Origin: Epiperipatus broadwayi
Taxonomy: Eukaryota > Animalia > Onychophora
Assembly: GCA_028023455.1 (NCBI GenBank)
Contig: JAQFVV010000001.1
Coordinates: 1,798,001 to 1,862,000, forward strand
Length of the DNA stretch: 64,000 bases
Direction: 5' to 3'
In this document: positions 1-11,871 of the stretch, piece after piece
Position numbering within the stretch: position 1 is the stretch's first letter
Layout of the letters: each line of letters opens with the position of its first letter
Notes under the pieces: model-generated
Told to the model about the DNA's origin: nothing
Seen by the model: the letters and a program-made list of their open reading frames with translations, nothing else
Databases searched by the model: none
Translations under genes and position numbers: made by a program

Positions 1-1011
1 TAAAATATTTTGTTATTATTTGAACATAGTAGAAAACTTATCTTTCATATAATATCTTAAAGATATATTAATGAATAGAAAGATCAATCTTGAGGTTTTC
101 ATAAAAGTTACAAATAAATTTTCTTCAGATTCAGATAGTAAATTAATTTATTAAATTTTCCAAATTTAATAAATTACAATCATGAATAATAATATTTGGA
201 ATAGGTTTATTAACAATTATTTTTTACTATATAAAATAAAGCAACCTTAAGATCAGTATGAAGAGAATTACTATTAGATCATTTTTTGCTGCCATTTATA
301 ATAAGTACAGTGATTATAACACTAAAAAAAAAAAAAAAAATAGAAACAGTGATTCTAATTTCAGAAGAAAGAAAAAATAAAAATAAATAAAAAGATAAAA
401 ATGACTTTTATGATCATTTTACTAATCCATTCATAAATACAAATACATTCACATATAGCACTCAGTTTATTCGACAATTGAGAACCTTGCCTACATTGTA
501 GATTTCCACTATATTCTATCTTATCACATATTCCCAGTGAAAACAGTTAATATTGCACTTCTCTTTGACATATCTGAAATAAACTCACAAAAACTCATTC
601 AAGTTGATCAGAAAGTTTTCTACCAATCATTTTATATGCTCAACCCAACAACGTGTCTTCAACATAAGTAGACTATATAGCACTACATTTAGAAAGTTGA
701 AGAACATAATCTTAAATATTTAGAATTTTAGAAAAAATTGAAAAGCATTTTTAAATGAAATTTTTCTAATGCCTTTATGTTATGTTATAGAAAATCCATG
801 TTTCATTGCCATGTAGTAAATTGAGTAAAATAACAGTACTAATTTAATTGCACTAGTTACATCATTAAGATGAAATATCTTGTCTTTTAGTTGTATTTAT
901 ATATTGGACCATTTCCATAATCTAATTTGAGTATTGAATGTCTTTAAAAAAATTAACTTTATTTAAATATTCCAAATACATTCATCTGTTGGTAATAGCA
1001 CAAAGGTTAGT

Positions 1012-1066
1012 ATATGCACAATGTTTCAAAAGGTATTATTCTCCCTTTCTTTTCAGATGTTGCTGG
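1012..1066 (-). ncRNA. Degenerate minimal type I hammerhead ribozyme in the PLE 3' region
   Basis: Minus strand reads ccagcaacat-CTGAAAA-gaaagggagaataatacctttt-GAAA-cattgtgc. The core G8 is mutated. Homologous to the copies at 4541, 44121 and 44912. Confidence 0.55.
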
Positions 1067-1074
1067 CCTGACAT

Positions 1075-1144
1075 GGAAATTGAATCTGAACCCTTAGATT
1101 CTTGTATATTAAGTTTTAAGATAAAACTCTAACCAACTGAGCCA
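1075..1144 (-). promoter_or_regulatory. Pol III type-2 (tRNA-like) A box and degenerate B box in the PLE 3' region
   Basis: A box TGGCTCAGTTGG on the minus strand (1144-1133); B-box-like gttcagattcaatttcc downstream. Confidence 0.55.
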
Positions 1145-4100
1145 TCCTCTCAAAGGCAATGGTCAGTAGAAATTTTGTATGCTTATCTATGAGTTCCTCT
1201 TGATTTCTCCACTTTTTCTTAAGAGCAAAGCTGATTAGCAGTTTCCATACATTATGCAAAGTCACACTAGGTTGACTTATGGGGTTGTTCACCATTGTCA
1301 TGTGAGCAGCTTTAAATTTTATTCTTTATCCAATATTTTTGCATTTTCCCAACTGAACATATGTTCACTGGTATATACATGGTTTTCTGTTTTTTCTCTT
1401 CTAATCATCAGTTTGTGTTCCTGCAAGCTTTTTCAATGAAATAACAAGTTTCACCAATATACATTTTTCCACATTCTCATGGTATTTCATAATGTAATGT
1501 TTCTTTTCAGCATTTCAAGTTTAGACTTTGTACATGTTAGAATTCCTCATAATGTGGTGTGGCCCTGGAAAACTGTTATGATGTTATACTGAGTGCAGAT
1601 TTTCCTTCATTTGTCTGCTATTTTTGGCATGTATTAGTATACTACAGTACCAATAATTTTTATTCTTTGATGGTTGTTTTTGTTGTCTATTTAAGGTTTC
1701 TTAATAATAGCTGATGGATAATTATTTTTTATAAGAGTTTGTTCTATATAGATCTTTTCTTTTTTCAAATCACTGGTTTTTGAACAAACTTCTTTTGCTC
1801 TATTCCATAATGATAGTATAACTCCATGTTTTGTATTTCTGGTATGATTGGATGTATAGGCTAAGTATATTCCTCTAGGTGTGGGTTTTTTGCAAACTGT
1901 AGTTTTGATTTTGCCTTGAGGGAGTCTTGTCACAAGAACATCTAAGAATGTCAATTTTTGTTCTTGTTCTGATTCTATTGTGAATTTAATTGAAGGAGAT
2001 ATGTTGTTGATGTGTTTCCAGAAAGTTTGTAGTAGTGCTTCACCATGTGGCCATACAATAAATGTATCATCCACATAGCGAAGCCAAATTTTAGGTGGAT
2101 ATTGATTAGTCTTTATGGCTGTGATTTCAAGTTCTTCCACGTAAATATTGCTAACCAGAGCTGATAATGATAAGCCCATAGTCATGCCTTGATTTTGTTG
2201 AAAAAATTCTGTTATATTGAAAATAGGTTGTTTTTACATAGAATATTAAGTTTCATTATACTATCAATAAGAAGCGTTGTTCTGGTTTGTAAGCTATTGT
2301 CATCATATAATCTTTTCCTTACAATAGACAATGCTTCTTCACATTTTAGATTTAATAAACTTTCCGCAACAAAGCTTACCTATAAGTCAGTTCTTTCAAC
2401 TTTCATTCCTTGATTACTTCTACAAAATATCTAGAATCCCTGACAAAGGACTAGGTCTTATATGTCAAAAGAAAGAACTTTGAGAAGAAATCTTGACAAA
2501 ATTTTGGCAAGATGAATTTCTAGAACAATAGGTTTAATGAGTCATGATCGTTATGAATTTTAGGTAGCCCATAAAGCTGAGGAATTTTGCTGAAATATGA
2601 TGCTAGTTTACTTTTTTCTAAATCACTTAAGTACCTGTGATGCTTTCTGAGTAATGCTTGTAACTTTGTTTCTGTATTCGGTATCAGATTTTTTGCCACT
2701 GTTCTGTACTGGACTGCTGCAAGTATTCTTGTATTTTGCTGTCATAATCAGTTGTATCCATTACAACTGTTGCATTGACTTTGTCACAGGGAGAATAGTT
2801 ATAGATTTATCTATTTTGAGATATTTAATTGCTTTCCTCTCATCATAGGATATGTTTGACTTCAATTTTTGTTGCTTGTCAAGTGTTTATTTTATTCTCC
2901 AGCATAATTCTGCTGCTTCTTCTAAAGGCAATTTTTAATTGACTTCCTAATAAAGGGATATTAGACAGTGATATGGCAAAGTTTAATCCTTTTTCAAGAA
3001 CAGAAATTTCAGCATCTGTTAGATGTGTAGAATTGAGATTTTTAACAGATGAAGGTGGAACACTGCTTGTTATATTATGATTTTTAATATGCCCATTTAG
3101 ACTTACAAAGTTCTTAGTTCTTTGACATACAATACCCAGTCCTTTTTGCAGGGATCCAAGATATTTTATAGAATTAATCAAGAACATGAAAATTGAAAGA
3201 ACTAACTTACTGATAAGCTTTGATGTGGAAAGTTTATTCACAAATGTACCATACGAAAAAGCATTATCTATTGTAAGAAAAAGATTACATGGTGATAATA
3301 GCTTACAAACCAGAACAACCCTTCCTATTGATAGTATAATGGAACTATTAACATTCTGCACAAAAACAACCACTTTCATTACAATACAGAATTCTTCCAA
3401 CAAATTCAAGTAATGGCTATGGGCTTACCATTGTCACCCCTGATTGGCAATATTTACATAGAACTTGAAACCACTGCCATAAAGACTCCTCCATATCCAC
3501 CTAAAGTTTGGCATTGCTATGAGGATGATACATTTATTGTATGGCCACATGGTGAAGCACTACCACAAATTTTCTGGAAACACATCAACATATCACCTTC
3601 AATTAAATTCATAGTAGAATCAGAACAAGATCAAAAATTGACATTCTTAGATGTTGTTGTGGCAAGATTCCTTCATGGCAAAACTTAAAACTACAGTTTA
3701 TAGAAAACCTACATATACAGGAAAATACTTAACATATACAACCAATCACACCAGAAACACAAAACAGAGAGTTATACTATCACTATGAAACAAAGCAAAA
3801 GAAGTTTGTTCAAAATCCAGTAATTTGAAAAAAGAAAAGATCTATATAGAGCAAACTCTTTTGAAAAATGGTTATCCATCAGCTGTTATTATAAAAACCT
3901 TAAATATACAACAAAAAGAACCATCAAAAATACAATAAAAAACAATTATTGGTATTGTGTGTAATCATAAATGCCAAAAATAGCAGACAAATTAAGGAAA
4001 ATCTGCAATTAGTATAACATCAGAACAGTTTTCTGGAGCCATACCACACTACAAGGAATTTTAACATCCCTGAAAGGAAAAAACTGCTATCAATAAAATA

Positions 4101-4445
4101 CCATGTAAATGTGGAAGAACATATATTGGTGAGAATAGTCATCCCATCACTTGCAGGAGCACAACTGATGATTATAAGACAGAAACTAGATGCAAAGAAG
4201 ATAGCAAACCATGTTCAATTGGGAAAATACAAAAATATTGGATAGAGAGGAAAAGGTACAAAGAAGAAAATTTAAAGAGTTGCTCATATGACAATGGTGA
4301 TCAACTCCATAAGACAACCTAGTGTGACTATACATAATGTATGAAAAACACTAATCCACTTTGTTCTTAAAAAAAAGTGAAAAAATCAGGAGAAAACTCA
4401 TAGATAAGTATATGAAATTACTACTGACTGTTGTCTTTGGCAGGA

Positions 4446-4515
4446 TGGCTCAGTTGGTTAGAGTATTACTTTAAAATTCAATATCCAAGAATCTAAACGT
4501 CCAAGTTCACCTTCC
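4446..4515 (+). promoter_or_regulatory. Pol III type-2 (tRNA-like) A box and B box in the PLE 3' region
   Basis: TGGCTCAGTTGG (4446-4457) followed by TTAGAG as in a tRNA D-arm; B-box-like GTTCACCTTCC (4505-4515). The homologous copies read GTTTGACTCC and GTTCAATTCC, giving consensus GTTCGANTCC. Confidence 0.65.
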
Positions 4516-4540
4516 ATGCTAGTACTGTCACTGGTCAGGC

Positions 4541-4592
4541 CAAAAACACCTGAAGAAGAGGGGAGAATAATACTTCTCGAAACATTGTGCAT
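4541..4592 (+). ncRNA. Minimal type I hammerhead ribozyme, partly decayed
   Basis: caaaaacac-CTGAAGA (4550-4556)-a-gagggg...cttctc (stem II, with G-U pairs)-GAAA (4579-4582)-ca-tt-gtgc. Confidence 0.65.
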
Positions 4593-4929
4593 ATACTCTC
4601 TTGTGTGCTATTATTAAAAGTTGAATGTATTTGAAATTTAAATAAAGTTAAATTTTTCTAAAGACATTCAATACTTATATTAGATAATGGAAATAGTCCA
4701 GTATATAAATACAACTAAAATACCATTATCACAAACTTTCAGGAAAACATCTTGTCTTTTAACTTGTTATATATAATAGACTGTATTGCAATTTAACATA
4801 TAAATCCACTTTTCTATTTTAAAAATCTACCAAGATATTTCAATTAATTCAGATTCTCAAGTTAATAATTATCCATACTAAAAGTTGTTTAAGTTTATAT
4901 TTCATTCAAAACACTACATACATTCTAAT

Positions 4930-5460
4930 AAATTACCCTTTGAATTGGCAAGAATAATACAATCATCAATACATTGTAAATAGAAAAAAATAAAAATCTA
5001 AGAAAATTAAGTTCTTGGTTTTTGTTTTTAATCAAGTTAAACGCTTTATCAAAAACTCGTATTATACCTTAATATCTGTTTCAAAAAGTCACATAAATTT
5101 TGTCATAAAAATGAAAAACAAAGTTGTATTAATACACATTATTACTTAATACCAGTTTTCATTTCAAATGCCTCAAATTTTCCACTACCAGTAACAACTT
5201 TTCAACTCAGTCAATCATGTAGAAGCTGTATAATATTAATAAACTTCAGTTGAAAATGACACATTTCAAATATTTCATTAAAATTTTTGTTAACTGAATC
5301 AAATGACTTGACTAAATCAACAAAAGTAAAATAAATTGCATCTTTTCTCATAACAATTTTCTTGCATTTTCATGATATCAAAAACTGTGTCTATAGTGCT
5401 TCTCGATTTTTTTAAAACCAAATTTGAGTTTCTGATAATCATATATCTATATTAAAAGCT
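4930..5460 (-). mobile_element. RTE-clade (BovB-like) LINE reverse transcriptase fragment, decayed
   Basis: Minus-strand pieces AIYFTFVDLVKSFDSVN (about 5340-5290), a decayed TGVKQGCVL-type motif (KTGIK**CVL, about 5160-5130), a GIKV..Y-like segment and DDCIILANSK (about 4970-4940). Confidence 0.65.
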
Positions 5461-8415
5461 ATATATTTAATAAACTCTTGAAAATATTTTTGCTATGATG
5501 AATAAATATAATATTCCACAATAATTATTCTAATATTTACTAGTTTCTTTATTTTTATAAATTAGAATAATAATATTACCTTAAAGATCAGATAGCATAA
5601 CATGAACATATATATATTCCTAAAAAACTCTTAGTTTTAAAGATAGCATATCATTGTCATAATTTAAAACTTATCCAATTCTATGAATACAAAAACGTTT
5701 AACTTCATTAGTCTGTATATCTTTGTCTAAATCTAAAATGAATAAGTAAAATGGATATGTCCTCAAAACCCTTTAGTTCAATTTTTGTTTCATTATTTAC
5801 TTATGATCAAAATACTATCTCCATCATTATTATATAAAAGATAATCATCCATACATTTAACAGGATTATGATATTATTTTTTTAATATTTCCATTGCTGT
5901 TTTAATCGATCAATTAATTTTTGAGTCTTCTTATTAATTACTGAATTTTGCTTTTAAATGTCTAAATTGCTTGTGAAGTTTTACAATCTATTAATTATCC
6001 TTTAAAAGTAGAAAATATGTTTCTTTTTAATCAAATCACTAATAATAAAATCATTGTCAGAAAACCAACCAATGAAACCTAAGAATAAATTAACTTTCAT
6101 CCGAAAGATTTTACAAGATAACAATGTTTTACAATATGCATCTATAATGAGATATTATTTTATATAGCGCTATGTTTTTATGTAATAGTAATATTAGTAA
6201 TTAAGCCAATGCACATGCACTTTAAAGATAAATTATAAATGAATACTCTCAATTTTTTCAGACATGAGATATAATATTTTAGAAAGAATGGAATGAATCC
6301 ACCTATTATTTCGATCCAAACGTTTATGTGTGGGCAAATCTTAAGTGTGTGGAATTAAGAGCATGAAGATGTTACACGATTACTTTAAATTCATATAATA
6401 TGAACTTCTGTATTTTAATCCTAAATATAACAGTAGTCATAAAATGCTATTGTTTTGAACATGGATGCTTTCCAGTGCAATTATAACAATTTTTTTTTTT
6501 TTGCTGAGCAAACTATACATTATGGTCAATCCAAAAATTTAGTAAAAATTCATTAATTGCAGATCTTTTCAAAACATAAATGCATTAAATTCTCCAAGAA
6601 GAAATATTTGATTTTTTAAAATGGCATTCAAGTCATAACATTATCCAATAAGAAATAAAAGCTATTTTTTCCTGAACTCTCTAAAACTAATACTGGAGGA
6701 TAAGTATTAACAATATATACATAGATACTATTGTGCAAAACAATTTTAATACAATTATTTTTCATTGATATATTTAAAAATTTTGAGAGTGTAAGGTAAC
6801 AAATTAAATCTCACAGCAAATCTGACATCACGAAGTTCCCTTTCATTTAAGGCTCTGCACTTATATAGAGAACTGCTATATTAATTTTAAATCTTAATAG
6901 TCATCAACCATAAACATTATCAAATAGTTCATATGAAGCAAAATTTCCACATTCCACGTAATTAAATTAGGAAAAAAAAGTAATTATAAAACATTACATA
7001 CATAATCAAGTACTATATAAATAGATTATTTATTAAAGTTATTTTTATTATTATCACTACCTCTTGCTTTACATTGATTTTTATTATTGATTTTACAATT
7101 ATTTCTATTAATTTGATGGTTAACCTAAAAGGCATGGGTGAATTGCCAAAATGTCGAACATAGGCCAATTTAAAATCTTTTCTAGGTCATTTCACTATAG
7201 AAAGAAAATTCTAAAAAAAGCTGCTCATATGTATAAATATTTGCAGAGTTAAAATTCCTAGCCTAAATCAGTTTCTAAAACAAGAATTACAACTAAGAAT
7301 AGCAAAGTAACATGCCCCAAATCAATGATTTCTCAATGCCAATGACTTGTATAAAATAAAATAAAAATTGAAATCATAATTACTGCACATATAATTAAAG
7401 GATAAAAATGTGACTACATAAGGTAACCCTATTACACATTTATTAAAGATACATGACTAATGGCATGAGAGAATCATAATGATAGGACTTTATGTTAATT
7501 AATATGACTGGAAGCAGTAAAGTAAAAGAACACAGAAAGAGGAGACAGAAAAATCTGAATTTATAACAATATCTATCTTTTGACAAACAAAAGCAACAGT
7601 AGATATTTTTATCCTTCCAACTGTTTATTACTTTTATGACAGTTAATCCCTATATTTCAAAGTCCTTTCATTAAATATCAACTGTGGATCCCATCTATCA
7701 CCTGACTACAATACCTACTGAATTAGATGGACTACTATATTAAATGAATTTATAAAAGTTAAATATGTATCTTTATATCTTTTTTAATAAATAAAAATAA
7801 AGTATGAGAGTATAAATATCGAGTAATTTTTAATAAAAAAATTGTTTTTTTTTCTTTCAACTACATTAAAAAAATTTCTGGAAAAGCTCTATTCTCCATA
7901 AAATATTTTGCACTCTTAAAAGCCTCAGAAAGGTGATGCTTTGAAAAGCATCTATCATAAAGACTATAAACAGTAAGTTGATTTTGACTAGCTAAAAATA
8001 AAAATTACTGAGTGACAAATGGTGTTTTATCTTTTTATGTTCTCTTGAAACTATACAAATTGGGCAATTTTCCCGAATCAGCGAAAAAATTGTTGGAATT
8101 CAATTAAGAAATATCTCAACAAAATACAATAAAATAGTTAAAAACTTTGCTATCGTAAAATATACGTTCAAATATTCATGAAACCTGAAAACTTTTTCTC
8201 AGCAAAATGCGTGTATTCATTATAATATATGCACGAGAATAGTTGGTATTTATTGAAAAACATAATAGAATGCTTAAAAACAATCTCCATGTCTTATTAC
8301 TCCAAAATAATATATCAATGACAAAACAATTTGATACATATAAAGTGATAAAATAAACTCGGAAGACACTGTATTTTAAATTGCAGAAAACAATATATAT
8401 AAATTTCACACTTAC

Positions 8416-8530
8416 TATATTTATCACGGTTAAAATATGGATAGATAAAAATGGGACAAAAAGCCAGTCCAATGCAACTGATGATAGTTCCTATAAAAGC
8501 TCCATATCGCCAACCAGTTAATAATGTCAT
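8416..8530 (-). CDS. SMIM20: First coding exon of a small integral membrane protein 20 (SMIM20/MITRAC7/phoenixin precursor) homologue; downstream exons not found in the window
   Basis: MTLLTGWRYGAFIGTIISCIGLAFCPIFIYPYFNRDKY is a single TM helix matching my recollection of the arthropod SMIM20 N-terminus (GWRY..F.G....IGLA.YP....P....Y). It ends in a consensus donor A|GTAAGT (phase 1, intron starts at 8415). The listed 71-aa ORF is intron read-through. Confidence 0.85.
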
Positions 8531-8599
8531 TTTTATTTTTTGAAGACTGGTTAAAAGTAATTATTAAAAATTTTAATTTAAGAAAAAAACAAAAACCTC

Positions 8600-8900
8600 A
8601 AGACACCATCGTTATAACCGGAAGTAAATATTACAAAAGCGACCTTCAATGGAGGAAGTTTTCAATAAATTGCTACTGACGTCAAGAAGAAACTACTATG
8701 AGCTATAGACATTAACTAATATATTATTACTTTTAAAAGTAAATATTAAAGTAATTTCTGTTATATTAAAAAATTATATACATAAAAAAAACAGAGTGAC
8801 AATAAAATATACCTTTAATTTATGAAAAAAATGTAAAATATTATTTAGCGGATGAATATATACACTTTAACCTCTGCGTGAAGGATAAGGGAAGTCGGAA
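8600..8900. promoter_or_regulatory. Promoter of the SMIM20 homologue, possibly bidirectional
   Basis: ETS motif CCGGAAGT (8618-8625), palindromic CRE TGACGTCA (8677-8684), further GGAAGT cores (about 8654 and 8891) and local CpG enrichment (about 8.0-9.7 kb) against a CpG-poor background, directly upstream of the ATG. Confidence 0.6.
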
Positions 8901-10307
8901 TATTTTTTGTTTAACTTTTTTTTTTTTTTTTTTATGCGTTATACTAATGTGTTTAAGCCTTTTCCCGTCAAGAACGTTAGTTTTTGTCAGGTAAATATTT
9001 TAAAGTCATATTTATAATGTATATTAAGTCAATATAAATATATTTGAGTATAGTAATAACCGAGACATTTCTGTTTAAAGGTGTTGCTACAAATATTTGT
9101 GTCCCTGGTGCCTGTAAAATCTGAAAAATCTTATCAGCTGTGTACGGATTGAGTATAATTGAATCACTCCCAAATTTTACGCAAATATTACTTTTATTGC
9201 TCAGGTTTTGTCTATGATATTTGTATTTCAATAGTCATAAATAACAAACTATTATTATCTGTTTGTATTCGAGTTTTAAAAGTCATTTTGGGATGGATGC
9301 ACTTAATTCCCTTGTATTTTTTCACGAAACTAATCATTTGTAATTTTACTTTTTTAATTATTTACTTGCCACTTGAGTAGAAATATTGTTTTGGTATTAT
9401 TGATTTATCATAGAAATATTTCAGCACCTTAGTTCGACTTTATAATTTGATTACGTAATTATAAGACATTCCCCCTTTTTTTTTTACTTTACGTATTAGA
9501 CTAGAGTATGTAATATCGTTAAATTTTGAGCTTAAAACTTGGGTATACAATATTTTATATATATACTGTCGCATAAAACGTAAACAATTCAACTCTTATG
9601 TTACGTAATTTATTTCCACTTCGTTTATCACATTTATGTCTTGACATAGGTTGTAATAATTAATTGATACATTTTTATTGGACAGTGACGTTTTTAATGG
9701 ATGGGTTTTTTTTTTTTAGTTCATGATTTAAATTAAAAATTTGTTGTGACTGTTTTGTTTCCCCACCAGTTTACATTATTAGATGGAAAAAAAAGAAAGA
9801 AGTGTATCCAAGTGAAACTGCTTATAAACAAAAAAAAAATATTGAAAAACATCCCGATAAATAAATTGTTTTACAGTTTGAAAGATTAATATATCTTGAG
9901 TTTTATGAATTGGTGTTTCCAAAATTCTAATCAAAGTTGTATTTTTGTGTTATATAAATGTCTTTTGACAGCATAGCAATCTATTCATAAGAATATTTAA
10001 TTTCTTTTTTGAAATTTATCATGAGTTAATTCATTGGTATATCCAATATGCAGATTTAATGGATATGCTTATTATTAAAGTAAAAGGAATTTTATATGAT
10101 AATTTAGCAAAATATGAATTTACTAATAATTCCCCTCCCCCGAATTTGGATGTATTCAGTTTATGGTATGTATATCATGAAAGTATAAATTAGTAAGTAA
10201 ATGTGTTTGTATATATTTTTGTTAACACCAAGAATTGCCTTGTGTAATACTCTCTAAGATCTATAATCATAATCCTATCAGCAATGTGTTTGTGTCAAAC
10301 TGTAAAA

Positions 10308-10541
10308 TTGCTGTATCCAAACTCCAAACAATTGTGGCTATACCCAAGAATATGAATTACTAACATAAAATAAAAGATCTCCCAGAACACAGATTTGAAT
10401 TAGATATTTAATTACTATATTAGATTAAATACATCAATGTCATCATACATAACTAGCATTTGTTGGCTACTTATAGTATGTACAATTAGTTATAATACCA
10501 TATAAAAACTCTTAGGTTTGTCAAAATGGTAATTAAGATCA
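10308..10541. repeat. Probable 3' LTR remnant of the Gypsy element
   Basis: Direct repeat of about 14868-15079, sharing blocks such as aactccaaacaat, attagatatttaatta and aaaac..taggc/tt..caaaatg. A PPT-like cttaaagggta lies just inside on the minus strand. Confidence 0.55.
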
Positions 10542-11810
10542 TGGTACCCTTTAAGTATCCCTAGATTCCACATCAGAACTTTCAACTGGATTTAACTGGG
10601 TATGAAGACCAAAGAAATGATGTTTTGTCTGCAATGACAGGCCACAGTTTCTATTTTTTGAGGTTAATTTAATCTTTTAACTGCTTTGTTTCTATTGTTT
10701 TCTAGAATAATTTATAATTGCTATTTTTTAGTTTTCTATTCTTAGAAATGTGAATTTCATTTGTTAATTAGTTTCTGTTAACTCCTCACAGTTTGTAGTT
10801 AATAATTAAGTTAATTCCTTGAATTTCTTAATTAAGTACATAATGAATTGTAATGTTTTTAAATTCCCATGTTAATTATTAATATACAACGTTTTAATTA
10901 CTCATGCTGCACTTTTGTAATACTGTTTTCTTCATGTATACATCACTGCCCTCTCTCATCTCAGAGAAGTATGTATTTCACCAGAATCCTATGCAATTTC
11001 AGTGATGACTATTTTTTTCTTGGAAATCTGGAGCCAGCATTTGCTGCTGTGATACCTGTGAGTCACCTTCAGTCAACTCTGATTTATTTATTTGTGAGAT
11101 TGTATAATTCCTGTTACTATCCTGGATGATACAATATCAGGATTTTATTATTATGCTCACTATTCAGATCAGTTTAATTTTTATGGTTATGTTTTATATG
11201 CTAATGAAAACACATTCCAGATTTTGTTTGTATCTGTACTATTGATTTGTAATTACTTTGGCTATTTTTCTTTTTATCTCTAATTTACATAAGCTGCTAC
11301 ATAACCAGACTCTCCAGCACTATAAGTGTTCTTCTTATTGTTAATTTTTTATTTTTCTTTAAGTGGATGAGGATGGATTGTTTACTTTCATGTTTCCTGC
11401 CCATGATCATTTGTACAGGTAATTTCACAGTTGCAGTAGATAACATAATAATATGTTTGTGTAGCATTGTAACATTTATAGCTTTATTTAAAATATGCTT
11501 GAAGTGCTGTACAGCTTTTCAGCAATCTCAGTAGATAATGGATGATAAGTAACACAGGCACCCTCTCCCCCTTTTTTTCTCATTTATCTAAAAAATTCTT
11601 CTAATTCTGCAGAAATAAACTGGTATCATTATCTCTCACCCGTAACTTCTAGTGATTCATGATATGAGATTTTGTTTAATAAGCAGATAGTTTCTGATGA
11701 ATTCATATTCTTCATTAGTTTATATTGAGATCAACTTGGAGCAAGCATTCACAATACTAGAAAGATTTGGTCTCTGAATAGTCCTGCATGATCTCTGTGC
11801 ACACAGCTTT

Positions 11811-11871
11811 GTGATCTGTTTGTTTTTTGCCATGACATACATGTGATCTGTTTGTTTTTTGGCCATGACAT
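11811..11871. repeat. Tandem duplication, 2 x about 32 bp, inside the Gypsy integrase
   Basis: gtgatctgtttgttttttg(g)ccatgacat occurs twice. Confidence 0.85.

Larger units (their letters stand above)
885..3095 (-). mobile_element. Penelope-like retroelement (PLE), decayed, left arm of a head-to-head pair; N-terminal region, RT, 3' UTR/pLTR
   Basis: Minus-strand translations give PLE motifs: VKNLNSTHLTDAEISVLEKGLNFA (about 3060-2970), PQLYGLPKIH (about 2590-2560) and the RT ORF 2185-1691 (MGLSLSALVSNIYVEELE...WLRYVDDTFIVWPHG...LTFLDV). The 3' end at 885-1300 is the reverse complement of 4290-4720. Multiple stops and frameshifts. Confidence 0.9.
3100..4730 (+). mobile_element. Penelope-like retroelement, 5'-truncated, right arm of the pair; RT, GIY-YIG endonuclease, 3' UTR/pLTR
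   Basis: ORFs 3186-3413 (LISFDVESLFTNVP) and 3413-3688 (MAMGLPLSPLIGNIY...YEDDTF...FLDV). GIY-YIG-type motif IPCKCGRTYIGE at about 4096-4133. The endonuclease lies C-terminal to the RT, as in Penelope/Poseidon-type PLEs. Confidence 0.9.

Noticed and set aside
8176-8472. 98-aa minus-strand ORF and the C-terminal half of the 71-aa ORF 8315-8530
   Set aside because: Intronic read-through or an alternative frame; the exon ends at the GTAAGT donor at 8415.
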